Origin: Acidimicrobiales bacterium
Lineage (GTDB): Bacteria > Actinomycetota > Acidimicrobiia > Acidimicrobiales > SZUA-35
NCBI GenBank assembly: GCA_033851875.1
Contig: JAWSVN010000003.1
Coordinates: forward strand, 53 to 64,052
Length of the DNA: 64,000 bases
Direction of reading: 5' to 3'
In this document: one piece after another, positions 17,423 through 27,031 of the stretch
Position numbering within the stretch: the stretch's first letter is position 1
Layout of the letters: each line of letters opens with the position of its first letter
The notes under the pieces: generated by a model
Told to the model about the DNA's origin: nothing
What the model saw: only the letters and a program-made list of their open reading frames with translations
Databases searched by the model: none
Translations under genes and position numbers: made by a program

Positions 17423-18714
17423 GAGAACTGGAACTCCGGGGTCGAGAGGGCGAGCAGCCAGACGAGGTGGCTGCGGTTGGCGGGTTCGAGATCGGGCATG
17501 GCTCCGGCGTCGACGATCGACGCCCGCCGATCGGGCGCCAGATCATCGAGGCCGCACGCCCAGAGGACGCGCTGGAGGTCGACCTCGCCATCGCCGAAGG
17601 CCTGCCAGGGGTCGATCGACCAGAGGTGGCGGAGGCGAGCGCCGATCGAGCCCGGAGCGGTCCAACGCCTATCGGCGGCCCAACCGGCGACCGACGGCGG
17701 ATGGAACGGCACCTGGCCGAGACCGTCGAGCGCCCACCGGTCGTCGGCGATCGGCTGCGGCGACCCGCCGGCGGTCGTGATCGCTTGGCGGACCGCCGCC
17801 CACCATTCGAATCCCCTTCTCGGGCGTTGGCGGGGTGAGGCAGCGAACGCCTCGGTGCCGACGATCCATCGGACGAGCGGCTCGATCTCCAGATCGGCGA
17901 ACCGGTCGCCGATCTCCGAGAGGGTGGTCCCGTCGGGTGGCGAGCCGACCAGGTCGGCCCACAGCAGTCCGCCGAGGCGTCGCGGTGTCGCCGGATGGTC
18001 GCACAGCGCGTCGACGACCGACGCGGTGTCCCAGCGGTCCTGCACGCCGAGGAAGATCAGTGGTGCCGCGAACGCCGCTTGGCGGTCGAAGGTGACGGCG
18101 CCGTCGCCGACACGCCATCCCGCGAGGGCCCGCGCCGCCGCCCGGACGTCGTCTTCGCCATAGTGACCTCGCCCGACGGTGAACAGTTCCATGAGCTCAC
18201 GAGCCAGGTTCTCGTTGGGATCCCAGGCGGCCGAGCCGTCGCCGTCGAGGTACTGCAGCAAGGCTCCGTCGACGACGAAGCGCTGCAGCAGGTCGCGCAC
18301 GTTGCCGAGGGCATGGGTGTGGAGCACCTCGACCTGGGCCGCCACCAGCGACTGCTCGACGGCGTCGGCGTTGGTCGTGAACACGCCGTGCCAGAACCAC
18401 GCCAGTCGGGTCCGTAGCCCGCGAGCGGGGTCGCAGAGTGTCCCGATCCACTCGGTGACCGAGCGGCCCCACTCGTCGTCGGGGGCCAGGGCCGGCGGCG
18501 GCTCCTCGGCCAGCCGTTCGAGCGCCTCACCGACAGAGCGGCCGACGAGGGCGTCGACGACCTCTGCCGGGGCGGTCACCGTGGTCCGACGGACCAGGTG
18601 TGCGGCCGACGCTCGGTCGAGACGCTCGCGGCCCGCGAACGCCGCGGAGAACCGGGTCGGGCGACGCGTGGCGAGGGTCGGCGTTGCAGGGGTCGTGGTT
18701 GCCATGGTCGGCAA
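17419..18714 (-). CDS. DUF1800 domain protein
   Basis: HLVRRTT...LAWFWHGVFTTN...ELMELFTVG motifs are typical of DUF1800. The start is TTG 18714 or ATG 18705. Confidence 0.85.
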   Translation of the reverse strand: MPTMATTTPATPTLATRRPTRFSAAFAGRERLDRASAAHLVRRTTVTAPAEVVDALVGRSVGEALERLAEEPPPALAPDDEWGRSVTEWIGTLCDPARGLRTRLAWFWHGVFTTNADAVEQSLVAAQVEVLHTHALGNVRDLLQRFVVDGALLQYLDGDGSAAWDPNENLARELMELFTVGRGHYGEDDVRAAARALAGWRVGDGAVTFDRQAAFAAPLIFLGVQDRWDTASVVDALCDHPATPRRLGGLLWADLVGSPPDGTTLSEIGDRFADLEIEPLVRWIVGTEAFAASPRQRPRRGFEWWAAVRQAITTAGGSPQPIADDRWALDGLGQVPFHPPSVAGWAADRRWTAPGSIGARLRHLWSIDPWQAFGDGEVDLQRVLWACGLDDLAPDRRASIVDAGAMPDLEPANRSHLVWLLALSTPEFQFS

Positions 18715-18794
18715 CGTAGGAAAACGTCGGTGAACCGATCGTGAAGAGGAGCTTCACGTTGTCTTCATGCTGGATGTGCCACGCTCGTTGGTCG

Positions 18795-19475
18795 ATGAGG
18801 TTGTTGGTGGTCGAGGACGACGAGGCGCTGGCGCGTGTATTGGGACGCGCGCTCGCCGACGAAGGACATGCCGTCGACACCGCGAGCAGTGTGGCGTCGG
18901 CCGAGGAGTCGTTCGGCGTCCACCACTACGACCTGGTGATCCTCGACATCGGTCTCCCCGACGGTGACGGAGTGGCCTTGTGCCGTCAGTTCCGGTCGGT
19001 GCGGCACGTGCCGATCCTGATGCTGACCGCGCGCGACTCGGTGTCGGACCGCGTCGCCGGCCTCGACGCCGGAGCCGACGACTACCTGACGAAACCCTTC
19101 GCCCACCCCGAGCTGGCCGCTCGCGTGCGAGCGCTGCTGCGACGGCCCTCCGAGGTGGCGCAGCCCGTGCTCGAGGCGTCGGGCATCCGACTCGACGCCG
19201 CCGCTCACACCGTGTGGCGGGGCGCGATCCTCGTACCGCTCACCGCCCGCGAGTTCGGCCTGCTCGACCACCTCATGCGACGAAGCGGGGAGGTCTGCCG
19301 ACGCGAGGACCTGCTCGAACACCTCTGGGACGCCAACTACGACGGATTGTCGAACGTGGTCGACGTTCACGTGGCCAACCTCCGCCGCAAGCTGGCGATG
19401 CCGGGGATGCCCGACCCGATCGAGACGGTCCGGGGTGTCGGCTACCGGATCGTCGACCCCGAGGCGGCGACGTGA
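18795..19475 (+). CDS. OmpR/PhoB-family response regulator
   Basis: MRLLVVEDDEAL...DLVILDIGLPDGDG is a receiver domain, followed by a C-terminal winged helix (VRGVGYRI). The ATG at 18795 is inside track ORF 18741..19475. Confidence 0.9.
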   Translation: MRLLVVEDDEALARVLGRALADEGHAVDTASSVASAEESFGVHHYDLVILDIGLPDGDGVALCRQFRSVRHVPILMLTARDSVSDRVAGLDAGADDYLTKPFAHPELAARVRALLRRPSEVAQPVLEASGIRLDAAAHTVWRGAILVPLTAREFGLLDHLMRRSGEVCRREDLLEHLWDANYDGLSNVVDVHVANLRRKLAMPGMPDPIETVRGVGYRIVDPEAAT

Positions 19476-20638
19476 GCCGGCTCGCTCGACCATCCCTGGT
19501 GGCCGGCCTCGCGACCTTCGTGCTGGTCTCACCGTTCGCGTGGCGGTCCGCGACGGCGGCTGCCGACGGACTGCGCAGCGCCACCCTCGCCGAGGCGGAG
19601 GCCGTGTTCGATCAGGCCAACATCGCCCGCAATGGCGGCACGGTCGGCCCCGACAACACCTGGGTCGCCAGCGTCGCCGACGACTGGTTCGAGGAACTCG
19701 GCAACAGTGCCGTCGACGTGCCGGTGCAGACCCTTGCGGAGGCGGCCGCAGAACGCGGCGAGGTGAACGAACGCTACGACTTCGACGGCACGTGGCTGGT
19801 CGTCGGCCGACCGGTGGGCTTCGATCAGGTGGTGCTCGTCGCGGTCGATCGTTCCGGCGACGACGCCGCAGTCCGCGCCGCCTGGTTCCGCTGGCTGTCA
19901 GCCGCATTGCTCGCGGCGGCCGTCGGCGGCGGGTTCGTCGAGTGGAGAGAGCGGCGCCGCGAATCGCCGACCGCTCGAGCCCACGCCGTCAACCGAGACT
20001 TCATCGCCGACGCCGCCCACGAGCTACGGACACCATTGTCGATCGTGCAGGCGTCGGCCGGCCACGCCCTGTCACGCGAACGCGACGCCGCCGACTACCG
20101 GGAGGCGCTCGAGGAGATCCTCACCGCTACCGAACGAGCGTCGGCCAGCGTCGGCGAGTTGCTGGAGTTCGCCCGTCTCGAGGCGGGTCAGGCCAGCCCA
20201 CGTCTCGCCCCACTCCGGCTCGACCTCGTCGCGGAGGAAGTGGCGAGCTCGATCCGTATCGACGGTGCGGAGGTCGAGGCCTCGGTCGGCGACGCCGTCG
20301 TGGTCGAGGCCGACTACCAGCTGATCCGACAGGTCATCGACAACATCGCCCGCAACGCCGCGGCCCGGGCCCACCACGTCACGATCCGCACCGAGATCCG
20401 AGGGGCCGAAGCGCGGGTGGAGGTGGCGGACGACGGGCCGGGGTTCGATCCGGGGATCGTCGAGCACGTCTTCGAACGGTTCCGGCGAGGAGATCGCTCG
20501 GGTTCGGTCGGCTTGGGGATGGCGATCGCCAGGACGATCGTCGAACTGCACGGCGGCTCGGTCGCCGCTCGGAACGCGACCAGCGGCGCCGTCGTGGAGA
20601 TCCTCCTGCCCCTCGTGCCGCCCGGCCGACGCCACTGA
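19472..20638 (+). CDS. Sensor histidine kinase
   Basis: The GTG at 19472 overlaps the regulator stop (GTGA). It has two TM segments, an H-box (AAHELRTPL), and N and G boxes (DDGPGF, GLGMAI). Confidence 0.85.
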   Translation: MSRLARPSLVAGLATFVLVSPFAWRSATAAADGLRSATLAEAEAVFDQANIARNGGTVGPDNTWVASVADDWFEELGNSAVDVPVQTLAEAAAERGEVNERYDFDGTWLVVGRPVGFDQVVLVAVDRSGDDAAVRAAWFRWLSAALLAAAVGGGFVEWRERRRESPTARAHAVNRDFIADAAHELRTPLSIVQASAGHALSRERDAADYREALEEILTATERASASVGELLEFARLEAGQASPRLAPLRLDLVAEEVASSIRIDGAEVEASVGDAVVVEADYQLIRQVIDNIARNAAARAHHVTIRTEIRGAEARVEVADDGPGFDPGIVEHVFERFRRGDRSGSVGLGMAIARTIVELHGGSVAARNATSGAVVEILLPLVPPGRRH

Positions 20639-20656
20639 CCCCAGCCGCCCGAGCGT

Positions 20657-22285
20657 TCAGCTGATCGCGACCTCGTAGGGGGCGAGACCGGCCGCGGCGC
20701 TCGAGCTGAGGTTGATCGTCCAGATCGCCGGCGGCGTGCCCTCCGTGGGACGACGCGTGATGCGGACGACCCCGGGCGCCGGTGAGGTCACCTCGGCCGG
20801 CACGATCGGGTGGAACGCGGGCGACGACCGCCGGGCCGCCACCAGTTCGCCGACACCGGCCATCACGCGGGCAGCGCGGGACGTCGGATCCGCCAGCCGC
20901 CCCTCGAGGGCGGCGAGATCGTCGAAGCGTTCGCGGTTGAGCTGCCGGTTGGCGCCGGTGCGGGCGAAGCCGGCGGCGTCGTTCGACGACCCGAACAACG
21001 AGTGGACGTAGATCGCCGCCACCCCCGGCATGGCGAGCATGACGGCGTGGGACGCCACGTGGCGGGCGATGGCCTCGTCGTCGTCGGCGGCGCCGGCCGA
21101 CAACAGATCGAACCACGTCGTGTTGAGCTCATACGGGCTCTGTCCGCCGCCGGCGACCGATCGGTACGACACCCGGCCTCCAGCGGCCTCACAGGCATCG
21201 ACGAGGACTTGTCGGCCCGCATCGTCGAGGATGCCCTCGGTCGGTCGCACCCCGATGCCGTCGTGGCAGGCCAGGAAGTTGAGGAAGCTCTGGCCCGGGG
21301 CCAGGACGTCGTCGATCGAGTCGGCCCAGGCGACCAGGGTCTCGACGTCGCCGGTGAGCACGGCGTGGGCGACCAGGGGCGCGAGCGGGAACTGGTAGAC
21401 GGCGTGGACCTCGGGCGGGTCGTCCTTGAGGTAGCTGATGTTCTCGACGTGGGGAACGTTCGTCTCGCTGATCAGGAGGGTGCCGGGCGTCGCCTCGTCG
21501 AGCACGCTGCGCATGACCTGGATCGCGGCATGGGTCTCGGGGAGATGGATCGAGGTGCGGGTCGGGTCCTTCCACAGGAACCCGATGGCGTCGAGACGCA
21601 GCACGTCGGCCCCGCGGTCGACGTAGTCGAGCAGGACGTCGAGGATCTCGAGGAACAGATCGGGGCTGGCGTAGTCGAGGTCGACCTGGTCTGCCGAGAA
21701 CGTGGTCCACACGTGGCGAACCCCGTCGGCGGTCTCCACCGGCGTGAGCAGGGGATGGGTGCGGGGGCGCACCACGAGCGAGGTGTCGGTGTCGGCTGCC
21801 TCGGTCCGGAAGTAGGACCGGTACGGCTCCTCGCCGGCCCGGAAGCGGGCGAACCAGTCGCCCTCGGCCGACATGTGGTTGATCACGGCGTCGGCCATGA
21901 AGCGGCGGCCCTCGGCGAGGGCCTCGACGTCGTCCCAGGTGCCGTAGCGAGCGTCGACCGCCCGGTAGTCCTCGACGCTGAAGCCGTCGTCGGAGCTCCA
22001 CGGGTAGAACGGCAGGACGTGGACGCCGTTGACCCACTCGAGGTGGCGGTCGACGATGTCGGCCAGGGTCCGCAGCGGCGGCTCGCCGGGACGCTGGAAC
22101 TGGTCGGCGTAGGTGATGAGCCAGACGTCGTCGCTCGACCACACCGCGCCGCCGGGCACCGGGGCGACGCCCTCGGCCGGGCGGCGCCGGCGGGCGACGA
22201 GGTGGTCGATGCGCGCCCCGACCGCCGGGGCATCATCGCCGTAGAGCAGGGCCAGTAGCGGGCCCCGGACGTCGGAACCTGCCAC
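20657..22285 (-). CDS. GH13_18 sugar phosphorylase (sucrose-phosphorylase-like)
   Basis: YPWSSDDGFSVEDY, RLDAIGFLWK (nucleophile Asp), ISETN (acid/base Glu) and FLACHDGIG. The GTG at 22285 lies 5 nt after the upstream permease stop. The rest of ORF 20657..22891 overlaps the permease and is shadow. Confidence 0.85.
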   Translation of the reverse strand: MAGSDVRGPLLALLYGDDAPAVGARIDHLVARRRRPAEGVAPVPGGAVWSSDDVWLITYADQFQRPGEPPLRTLADIVDRHLEWVNGVHVLPFYPWSSDDGFSVEDYRAVDARYGTWDDVEALAEGRRFMADAVINHMSAEGDWFARFRAGEEPYRSYFRTEAADTDTSLVVRPRTHPLLTPVETADGVRHVWTTFSADQVDLDYASPDLFLEILDVLLDYVDRGADVLRLDAIGFLWKDPTRTSIHLPETHAAIQVMRSVLDEATPGTLLISETNVPHVENISYLKDDPPEVHAVYQFPLAPLVAHAVLTGDVETLVAWADSIDDVLAPGQSFLNFLACHDGIGVRPTEGILDDAGRQVLVDACEAAGGRVSYRSVAGGGQSPYELNTTWFDLLSAGAADDDEAIARHVASHAVMLAMPGVAAIYVHSLFGSSNDAAGFARTGANRQLNRERFDDLAALEGRLADPTSRAARVMAGVGELVAARRSSPAFHPIVPAEVTSPAPGVVRITRRPTEGTPPAIWTINLSSSAAAGLAPYEVAIS

Positions 22286-22290
22286 CGGGT

Positions 22291-23301
22291 TCAGCCCTTG
22301 ACCGAGCCGGCGAGGATGCCTCGCACGAAGAAGCGTTGGAGGGCGAAGAAGACCACCAGCGGAACGAACGCCTGGACGAACGCTGCCGACGGCAGCAGGT
22401 GCTCGTAGCGCCCGAAGTCGCCGGCCAGGTTGGCGATGCGGACCGTCGTGGGGAATGCGTCGGCGTTGGAGCCGAGCATGACGACGGCGATCAGGTAGTC
22501 GTTCCAGGTCCACAGGAACTGGAAGATGGCGAACGCCGCCAACACCGGGACCGACAGTGGCAGCACCAGCCGCCAGAAGATCGTGAAGTGGTCGGCCCCG
22601 TCGATGCGGGCCGACTCGAAGATGTCGCGAGGCAGGCCGCTGATGTAGTTGTGGAGCAGGAAGATGGCGAACGGCATGGCGAAGCCGGTGTGGGTGAGCC
22701 ACACCGCCGTCGTCGATCCGGCCAGGTCGAAGTCGGGGAACACCGTGATCGTCTTGTCGAGGAACGGCAGGGTGAGGTGGGCGCCGCCGAGATAGAGGCG
22801 GAGCAACGGGATCAGCGCCACCTGCAGCGGCACCGCCATGAGCGCCACCATGAAGATGAACAGCTTCTCGCGGCCCTTGAAGTCGATCCACGCGAAGCCG
22901 TAGGCGGCGAACGCCGCGATCGCGATCGGGATGATCGTGGCCGGGATGGCGATGGCGAAGCTGTTGAGCAGCGAGTCGGTCAGCGCAGCGGTCTGGCTGG
23001 CGGAGAAGACCGTGTCGTAGTTGTCGAGGGTCAGCTCACCGACGTTGATGATCTGCTGTTCGTCGGCGGGCAGCTCCTGGTTGCCGGCGGTGAGAACCTG
23101 CCACCAACCGCTGCCGCGCTGTCCCGACTTGGGTCGGAACGAGTTGACGAAGAGGCTGAACGTGGGGATGAACCACATCAGCACCACGCCCCACAGGGGG
23201 AGCTGACGGAGCACGCGGTAGAGCCGCGACCAGATCGAGTCGCCGGACGTGCCGCCATCGGGCACGAGTCCACCGGACGGAGTGGGTGAGTTGGCAGCCA
23301 T
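22291..23301 (-). CDS. Carbohydrate ABC transporter permease (MalG-like)
   Basis: Six-TM permease with an EAA-type loop (ESARIDGADHFTIFWRLVLP). Confidence 0.9.
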   Translation of the reverse strand: MAANSPTPSGGLVPDGGTSGDSIWSRLYRVLRQLPLWGVVLMWFIPTFSLFVNSFRPKSGQRGSGWWQVLTAGNQELPADEQQIINVGELTLDNYDTVFSASQTAALTDSLLNSFAIAIPATIIPIAIAAFAAYGFAWIDFKGREKLFIFMVALMAVPLQVALIPLLRLYLGGAHLTLPFLDKTITVFPDFDLAGSTTAVWLTHTGFAMPFAIFLLHNYISGLPRDIFESARIDGADHFTIFWRLVLPLSVPVLAAFAIFQFLWTWNDYLIAVVMLGSNADAFPTTVRIANLAGDFGRYEHLLPSAAFVQAFVPLVVFFALQRFFVRGILAGSVKG

Positions 23302-25373
23302 CAGACCGCGGCCTCCTTCTGCATACGGCGGATGTTGAGGACCATGACCGGGAGGACCGACAGGAACAGGATGATCGCCAGCGCGGCGCCAACCCCCCAG
23401 TTCTGGAACTGGAACGACTCATCGATCATCCGGTTGGCCAACACGTCGGTGTCGAAGTTGCCGCCGGTCATCACCTTGACGATGTCGTAGACCTTGGTCA
23501 CTCGGACGATGATCGTCGTGACGACCACGCCGATCGTCGGGGCGATCTGGGGGATCACGATCCGCCAGAACACCTGGGAGTCGTTCGCGCCGTCGATCTT
23601 GGCGGCCTCGATGTAGTCGTCGGGCACGGCCTTGATGGCGGCCGAGAGGATGACCATGGCGAAGCCGCTCTCGATCCACAGCAGCACGACCATCAACCAG
23701 AAATTGTTGAACGGCCCCGTCTCGAGGAACGTGATCGGGCTCGGCACGACCGTGCCATCGTCCTGCACGAGGTAGCCGCCGATCCCCTCGGAGGCGGTGC
23801 GATAGGCGAGGTAGGCGGGGATCAGCGCAGCGACCCCCCAGCCGACGAGGCCGCCGAGGCCGTGCACCTGTGCGGCCACGAGCATCCGCCACACACAGAG
23901 GATGGCGAGGGCGGCGAAGATTCCGACGAACAGCCACTTGGCCGGGAAGGAGAAGAACTCGAGGTCGAAGATGCCGATGCCGAGGTTGCCGTAGGCGTCC
24001 GGGTCGTAGTCGGGGGCGTCGCCGCGGGTCGGAGCCGCCCCGCTGGTCTTGGCGCCGAGCCAGGCCCAGATGGCGTTGAGGGTGCCGGTCTGGGACTTCT
24101 GGATGTTCTGGCTGCGATACATGAATCGCCAGATCACCGAGGCGCCGACGAACGAGATCGCCATCGGCATGAAGATGATCGATTTGGCGAACCGTTCCCC
24201 CTTCGCCCCGTCGGACCAGGCGGCGACGGCGAGACCGATGGCGGTCGAGAACACCGTGACGGTGAACACCCACCAGAGGTTGTTGAACACCGTGCCTCGC
24301 AGGACCGAGAAGACGCCGAACACGAGGAAGGTGATGCCGGCTGCGGCGACCAGCCCTGACTGCGGCGTCCAGTCGGCGGCTCGCCCGGTGCGGCGACCGT
24401 CGAGGGCGGCCACGAGGAGGCCGATCAGGAGGAGGGGGAGGCCGAACCAGAGCAGTCGGGAGCCGAAGAAGTCGGTCCAGTGTGAGAGATCGAAGTTGTC
24501 GGAGTTCCACTCGCCGCCGACCCGGACGACCCGCGAGTAGTTGTCGAGGCCGACGAAGCGATCGCCGTCATCGTCACGAATCGACAGGATCAGGGTGATG
24601 ATGCCGGGGATCACCAGGGCGCTGGAGATGAAGAGCACCGCCGGACCCATGAAGATCCAGGCTCGCGATTTCTGCTCGATCACGGTGCGGCGCACGCTGT
24701 CGGGGTGGCTCGTGGAGCCGAGGGCGAAGCCGAACAGGGCGCCGGGGACCACGGTGGCGATGATCGACTCGATCAGCGAGCCGGCGCCGAGGTCGGCCGA
24801 TCCGACGCCGCCGAGGACGACGCCGATGCCGAGAAAGGTGGCGACGGTCGGGAGCAGTCGTTTGGAGCGGAGTTGGCTCCAGAGCCCGCCGAGGGCGCCG
24901 ACCGCGGCCGTCCAGGCGAGGAGCGGCACGGGACGCAGGCCGGGGGTGACGGCGCTCTTGAAGATGAAGGCGACGATCAATCCGACGACCACACCGGCGC
25001 CGACGCCGATCATCAGCCGCGGTTTCGGATCCTCCTGCCGGGACAGGGCGTAGGCGACCGCAGCGCCGATCAATGCGCCGGGCGCGCCCCACCAGAGCAG
25101 GGCGACGATGTCGGCGAAGAACGTGACCGGCTCGCGAGCGCTGCCGAACGTGAGGGCGTCGCGGGTGGCCTCGAGGCCACCCGCGTGGGTGACCAATCGG
25201 TTGCCGTGCAGCACACCGAAGAAGACGAAGCCGACGAAACCGCCGACGATCGCCGAGAAGCGGCCAAAGCTCCGATTGGCCTGATCGAAGACCAGGTTGG
25301 CCCCCACCCACAGGGCGGTGAAGGTGCCGACGGCGGCCACCACCGACACCACGGTCACCAGCAGTTTGAGCAT
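23301..25373 (-). CDS. Carbohydrate ABC transporter permease (MalF-like) with long N-terminal polytopic extension
   Basis: EAA loop (EAAKIDGANDSQVFWRIVIP). The ATG at 25373 is preceded by GGAGGT. About 240 N-terminal residues of extra TM helices precede the canonical core. Confidence 0.8.
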   Translation of the reverse strand: MLKLLVTVVSVVAAVGTFTALWVGANLVFDQANRSFGRFSAIVGGFVGFVFFGVLHGNRLVTHAGGLEATRDALTFGSAREPVTFFADIVALLWWGAPGALIGAAVAYALSRQEDPKPRLMIGVGAGVVVGLIVAFIFKSAVTPGLRPVPLLAWTAAVGALGGLWSQLRSKRLLPTVATFLGIGVVLGGVGSADLGAGSLIESIIATVVPGALFGFALGSTSHPDSVRRTVIEQKSRAWIFMGPAVLFISSALVIPGIITLILSIRDDDGDRFVGLDNYSRVVRVGGEWNSDNFDLSHWTDFFGSRLLWFGLPLLLIGLLVAALDGRRTGRAADWTPQSGLVAAAGITFLVFGVFSVLRGTVFNNLWWVFTVTVFSTAIGLAVAAWSDGAKGERFAKSIIFMPMAISFVGASVIWRFMYRSQNIQKSQTGTLNAIWAWLGAKTSGAAPTRGDAPDYDPDAYGNLGIGIFDLEFFSFPAKWLFVGIFAALAILCVWRMLVAAQVHGLGGLVGWGVAALIPAYLAYRTASEGIGGYLVQDDGTVVPSPITFLETGPFNNFWLMVVLLWIESGFAMVILSAAIKAVPDDYIEAAKIDGANDSQVFWRIVIPQIAPTIGVVVTTIIVRVTKVYDIVKVMTGGNFDTDVLANRMIDESFQFQNWGVGAALAIILFLSVLPVMVLNIRRMQKEAAV

Positions 25374-25556
25374 GCTTCCCCTTACCTCCGAGCTGCGAGT
25401 ATCGCGCAGCCATCCTCCCGATTCGCCGCCGACGACCACAGGGACTACGTCGAGACCTGTCGCCGGAACTGCAGCGGGCGCCGACCCGAAGGCCGGCGCC
25501 CGCACACAACCAACGGTTGTGAGGTGGTCACACCCTCACAGGTGTGCGGTCACCGA

Positions 25557-26882
25557 TCAGGCAGGCCAAGAGGCCTCGATCTTGTCGGCGGCCTCCTGCG
25601 CGTCCTGCTCACCGTTGACGGCGGCGGTGCCCTCGCTCCAGAAGGTGCCGGCACCGACGTCGGACGGCATGAGGTCCGAAGCGTCGAAGCGAACCACGTC
25701 AGCGCCGGTGAGGGAGCTGATCATGCTCTGCTCGAGCGGTGCGTAGCTGTCGAGGTCCACGCCGCTGTTGGCGGTGAGGAAGCCCGAGAGGTCGCCACCG
25801 TTGAGCTCACGCTGAGCCTGCTGGCGGTTGTTGGCGTAGTCACCCGACGCCATGTAGTTCAGCACCGCGTACACCTCGGGAGCGTCGCGGAAACCCGCGG
25901 CCAGGGTGCCGGCGCCGAGCACCGGGGCGCCCTCGTTCGACGGGAAGTAGAACACGTCGACCGCGTCCTCGGAACCGTCGGCGAAGACGGTGCCCTCGTC
26001 GAACTGGTTCGAGAAGAACGAGGCCTGGCGGTGCATCATGCAGTCGCCTTCGACGAGCGGGGTGCCGTTGGCCTGGAAGGCGGTGGAGGCGATGGTGCCC
26101 CCGTCCGCGTAGACCATGCCGTCGGTGTTCCACAGGTCGAGGACGGCCTGCATCTGGGCGACGACGCGCTCGTCGTTGAACGGGATCTCGTGGTTGACCC
26201 ACTGGTCGTAGACCTCGACACCTTCGAAGCGGAGCATCATCTCCTCGACCCAGTCGGTGAAGGGCCAACCGGTGGCGTCACCCGACTCGATGCCCACGCA
26301 CAGCGGGGTCTCGCCGTCGGCGATCATCTGCTCGGCGAGGGCGACGAACTCGTCGAAGGTCGTCGGGATCTCGTAGCCACCGGCCTCGAAGGCAGCGGGC
26401 TTGTACCAGACCAGGGACTTGATGTCGGTCTTGACCGGGACACCGACCTGGGTGCCGTCGACGTTGCCGAACACGGTCCAGGCGTCGGTCCAGTACTCGT
26501 CGACCGTCGACACGACGTCGTCGGGCAGCGCCTGGAGCGAGCCGTCGCGGTAGAAGTCGGCGAGCTTGCCGGGCTGCGGGAAGATCGAGATGTCCGGCGG
26601 GTTGCCGGCCTCGACCTGGACGTTGACCTCGGACTCCCAATCGGCGGAGCCGGTGTAGGTGATGGTCATTTCGTTCTCTTCGGCGAAGATGTCCATCGCG
26701 GCCTGGATGGCCCCGACTTCCTGCTCGGAACGCTCCGGACCGGTGATGATCACCTCGGTGCCCGCGAGATCGGCGGAAGCCGTCTCGGATCCTTCGGAGC
26801 TCTCGTCCCCGCTACACGCAGCTGCCACCAAAGAGAAGGCGAACAGCAGCGACAGCAAGGCCTTCCAGCGTGAGGTACGCAT
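25557..26882 (-). CDS. Sugar ABC transporter substrate-binding lipoprotein
   Basis: MRTSRWKALLSLLFAFSLVAAACSG carries a lipobox. The sequence reads as a family-1 solute-binding protein. The ATG at 26882 is preceded by AAGGAAGAGG. Confidence 0.9.
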   Translation of the reverse strand: MRTSRWKALLSLLFAFSLVAAACSGDESSEGSETASADLAGTEVIITGPERSEQEVGAIQAAMDIFAEENEMTITYTGSADWESEVNVQVEAGNPPDISIFPQPGKLADFYRDGSLQALPDDVVSTVDEYWTDAWTVFGNVDGTQVGVPVKTDIKSLVWYKPAAFEAGGYEIPTTFDEFVALAEQMIADGETPLCVGIESGDATGWPFTDWVEEMMLRFEGVEVYDQWVNHEIPFNDERVVAQMQAVLDLWNTDGMVYADGGTIASTAFQANGTPLVEGDCMMHRQASFFSNQFDEGTVFADGSEDAVDVFYFPSNEGAPVLGAGTLAAGFRDAPEVYAVLNYMASGDYANNRQQAQRELNGGDLSGFLTANSGVDLDSYAPLEQSMISSLTGADVVRFDASDLMPSDVGAGTFWSEGTAAVNGEQDAQEAADKIEASWPA

Positions 26883-27031
26883 GGTTGAACCTCTTCCTTT
26901 CTGTTTCCCGGCGTGGCCGGGTCTCCCCAAGAAGGTGACGGTTGCGTCAACCTTCGTGCAAACGCTTACAAACGCAAGCGACCGCACCCTATACGGCTCG
27001 GATCGACCCGCCCACGATCGGCCCAAAATCG

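Noticed and set aside
22286-22891. N-terminal extension of ORF 20657..22891
   Set aside because: It overlaps the MalG-like permease gene in another frame. The phosphorylase starts at GTG 22285, right after the permease stop.
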